From positions 128,001 to 192,000 of the forward strand of contig CAVWIP010000015.1 of assembly GCA_963755125.1 (NCBI GenBank): DNA of 64,000 bases, in the 5' to 3' direction. This document shows positions 63,194-64,000 of the stretch, piece after piece. The notes below the pieces were generated by a model, which had not been told where the DNA came from, ran no database searches, and saw only the letters and a list, made by a program, of their open reading frames with translations. The position numbers and the translations under genes are program-made. Source of the DNA: an uncultured delta proteobacterium. GTDB taxonomy: Bacteria > Myxococcota_A > Polyangia > Fen-1088. The first letter of the stretch is position 1; each line of letters starts with the position of its first letter.

Positions 63194-64000
63194 CTAGAAC
63201 TGAAGTCCGGCCAGCAGCCCTGGATACATTCGGACCACATAGCCGCCGTTGTGCCAGGCCTGCTCGGCCCATCCGATACTGCGCGGGGCGCGGTCGTCGG
63301 GGTTCTGGGCGACCTGCACGTTCAGGGTGGGCCCGGCGACTACCGCGAAGTGGGGTGCGAACTGGTAGCCGGCTTGTAGGCGCAAGCTGTTGATCTGGCG
63401 ATGTTCGTCTTGCCAGTGGTCCAAGGTGGCGAACGACGTCCCCACCGCATCGACGTCGAAGAAGAGCGGTCCGTGCGAAGGTGTGATGTGACCGCCGATG
63501 CCGAAGGTGCACGAGAACTCGCGATCACCGTTGCTGGCGCGATCGCGGGTCATGCCAGCGCCCAGCACCACGTACACGTGCCGCGTGCCCAGCTTGGCGC
63601 CGAGATTGACCACGCTCGTGTCGCTGTACCACAGCAGTCCGTGGTTGTAGCCGTCCAGAACGATGGGCAGAATCCCGATGGACGCGCCGTCGTTCTTGCG
63701 AGCGAAGTTCACCAAACCCACCTGGGCGCCTTCCACCTCGTCCGCCACGTTCACCAGCCCGACCTGGGCGCCGTGAACCTTGCGGCCCACGTTTACCAGC
63801 CCGACCTGGGCGCCGTCGAACATTCCGACGCTGCCGTTGGCGTTGGCCAGGCCCACCTGGGCGCCGCTCGATTCCGTCGCCCGCCAAGCCATGTTGATCA
63901 GGCCGGCCTGCAGACCATGAACGTCACTCTTCACGACGTTAACCAGTCCAGCCTCAATGCCATGTGCCTCTCCTGTGTTCAGGTTCACTAGGCCGGCTTC
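63194..64000 (-). CDS. LA_2272-like surface repeat protein, C-terminal part (runs off window)
   Basis: Repeated GAQVGLVN motifs followed by a beta-barrel-like region ending in Phe. Confidence 0.8.
   Translation of the reverse strand, partial: EAGLVNLNTGEAHGIEAGLVNVVKSDVHGLQAGLINMAWRATESSGAQVGLANANGSVGMFDGAQVGLVNVGRKVHGAQVGLVNVADEVEGAQVGLVNFARKNDGASIGILPIVLDGYNHGLLWYSDTSVVNLGAKLGTRHVYVVLGAGMTRDRASNGDREFSCTFGIGGHITPSHGPLFFDVDAVGTSFATLDHWQDEHRQINSLRLQAGYQFAPHFAVVAGPTLNVQVAQNPDDRAPRSIGWAEQAWHNGGYVVRMYPGLLAGLQF

Overview
GC-rich bacterial chromosome segment, most likely Myxococcota (inferred from a MYXO-CTERM-like protein, kelch lipoproteins, an ECF-FecR-CAZyme module and a split atp operon). The backbone is mostly housekeeping: trxB, atpZ/I/B/E, ychF, dgt, amtB, a WtpABC-like transporter, alr-mlaEFD, yceD-rpmF-plsX-fabG-acpP-fabF, pepP, clpSA, aroF and two tRNA-Arg genes. 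The main feature is a ~12.9 kb capsid-less integrated element (29833-42734) that looks like a phage satellite. It is bounded by a 44-bp direct repeat that duplicates the 5' half of tRNA-Arg(ACG) rather than the usual 3' end. All its intact genes are on the + strand: a primase-polymerase/helicase with a probable iteron origin inside its 3' end, two excisionase-like paralogues, a P27-type small terminase coupled to a PLD-like nuclease, a second TerS-like HTH protein followed by two small proteins with the same 10-aa N-terminus, and a tyrosine integrase pointing into the restored tRNA. Other oddities are a 165-bp MITE-like inverted repeat that carries the fabF Shine-Dalgarno sequence, a WtpA-like protein with altered ligand residues, an apparently inactive GH97, a TerB-like/PPP-phosphatase fusion and many apparently leaderless genes. 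All family calls come from motif recognition by eye; no database searches were run.
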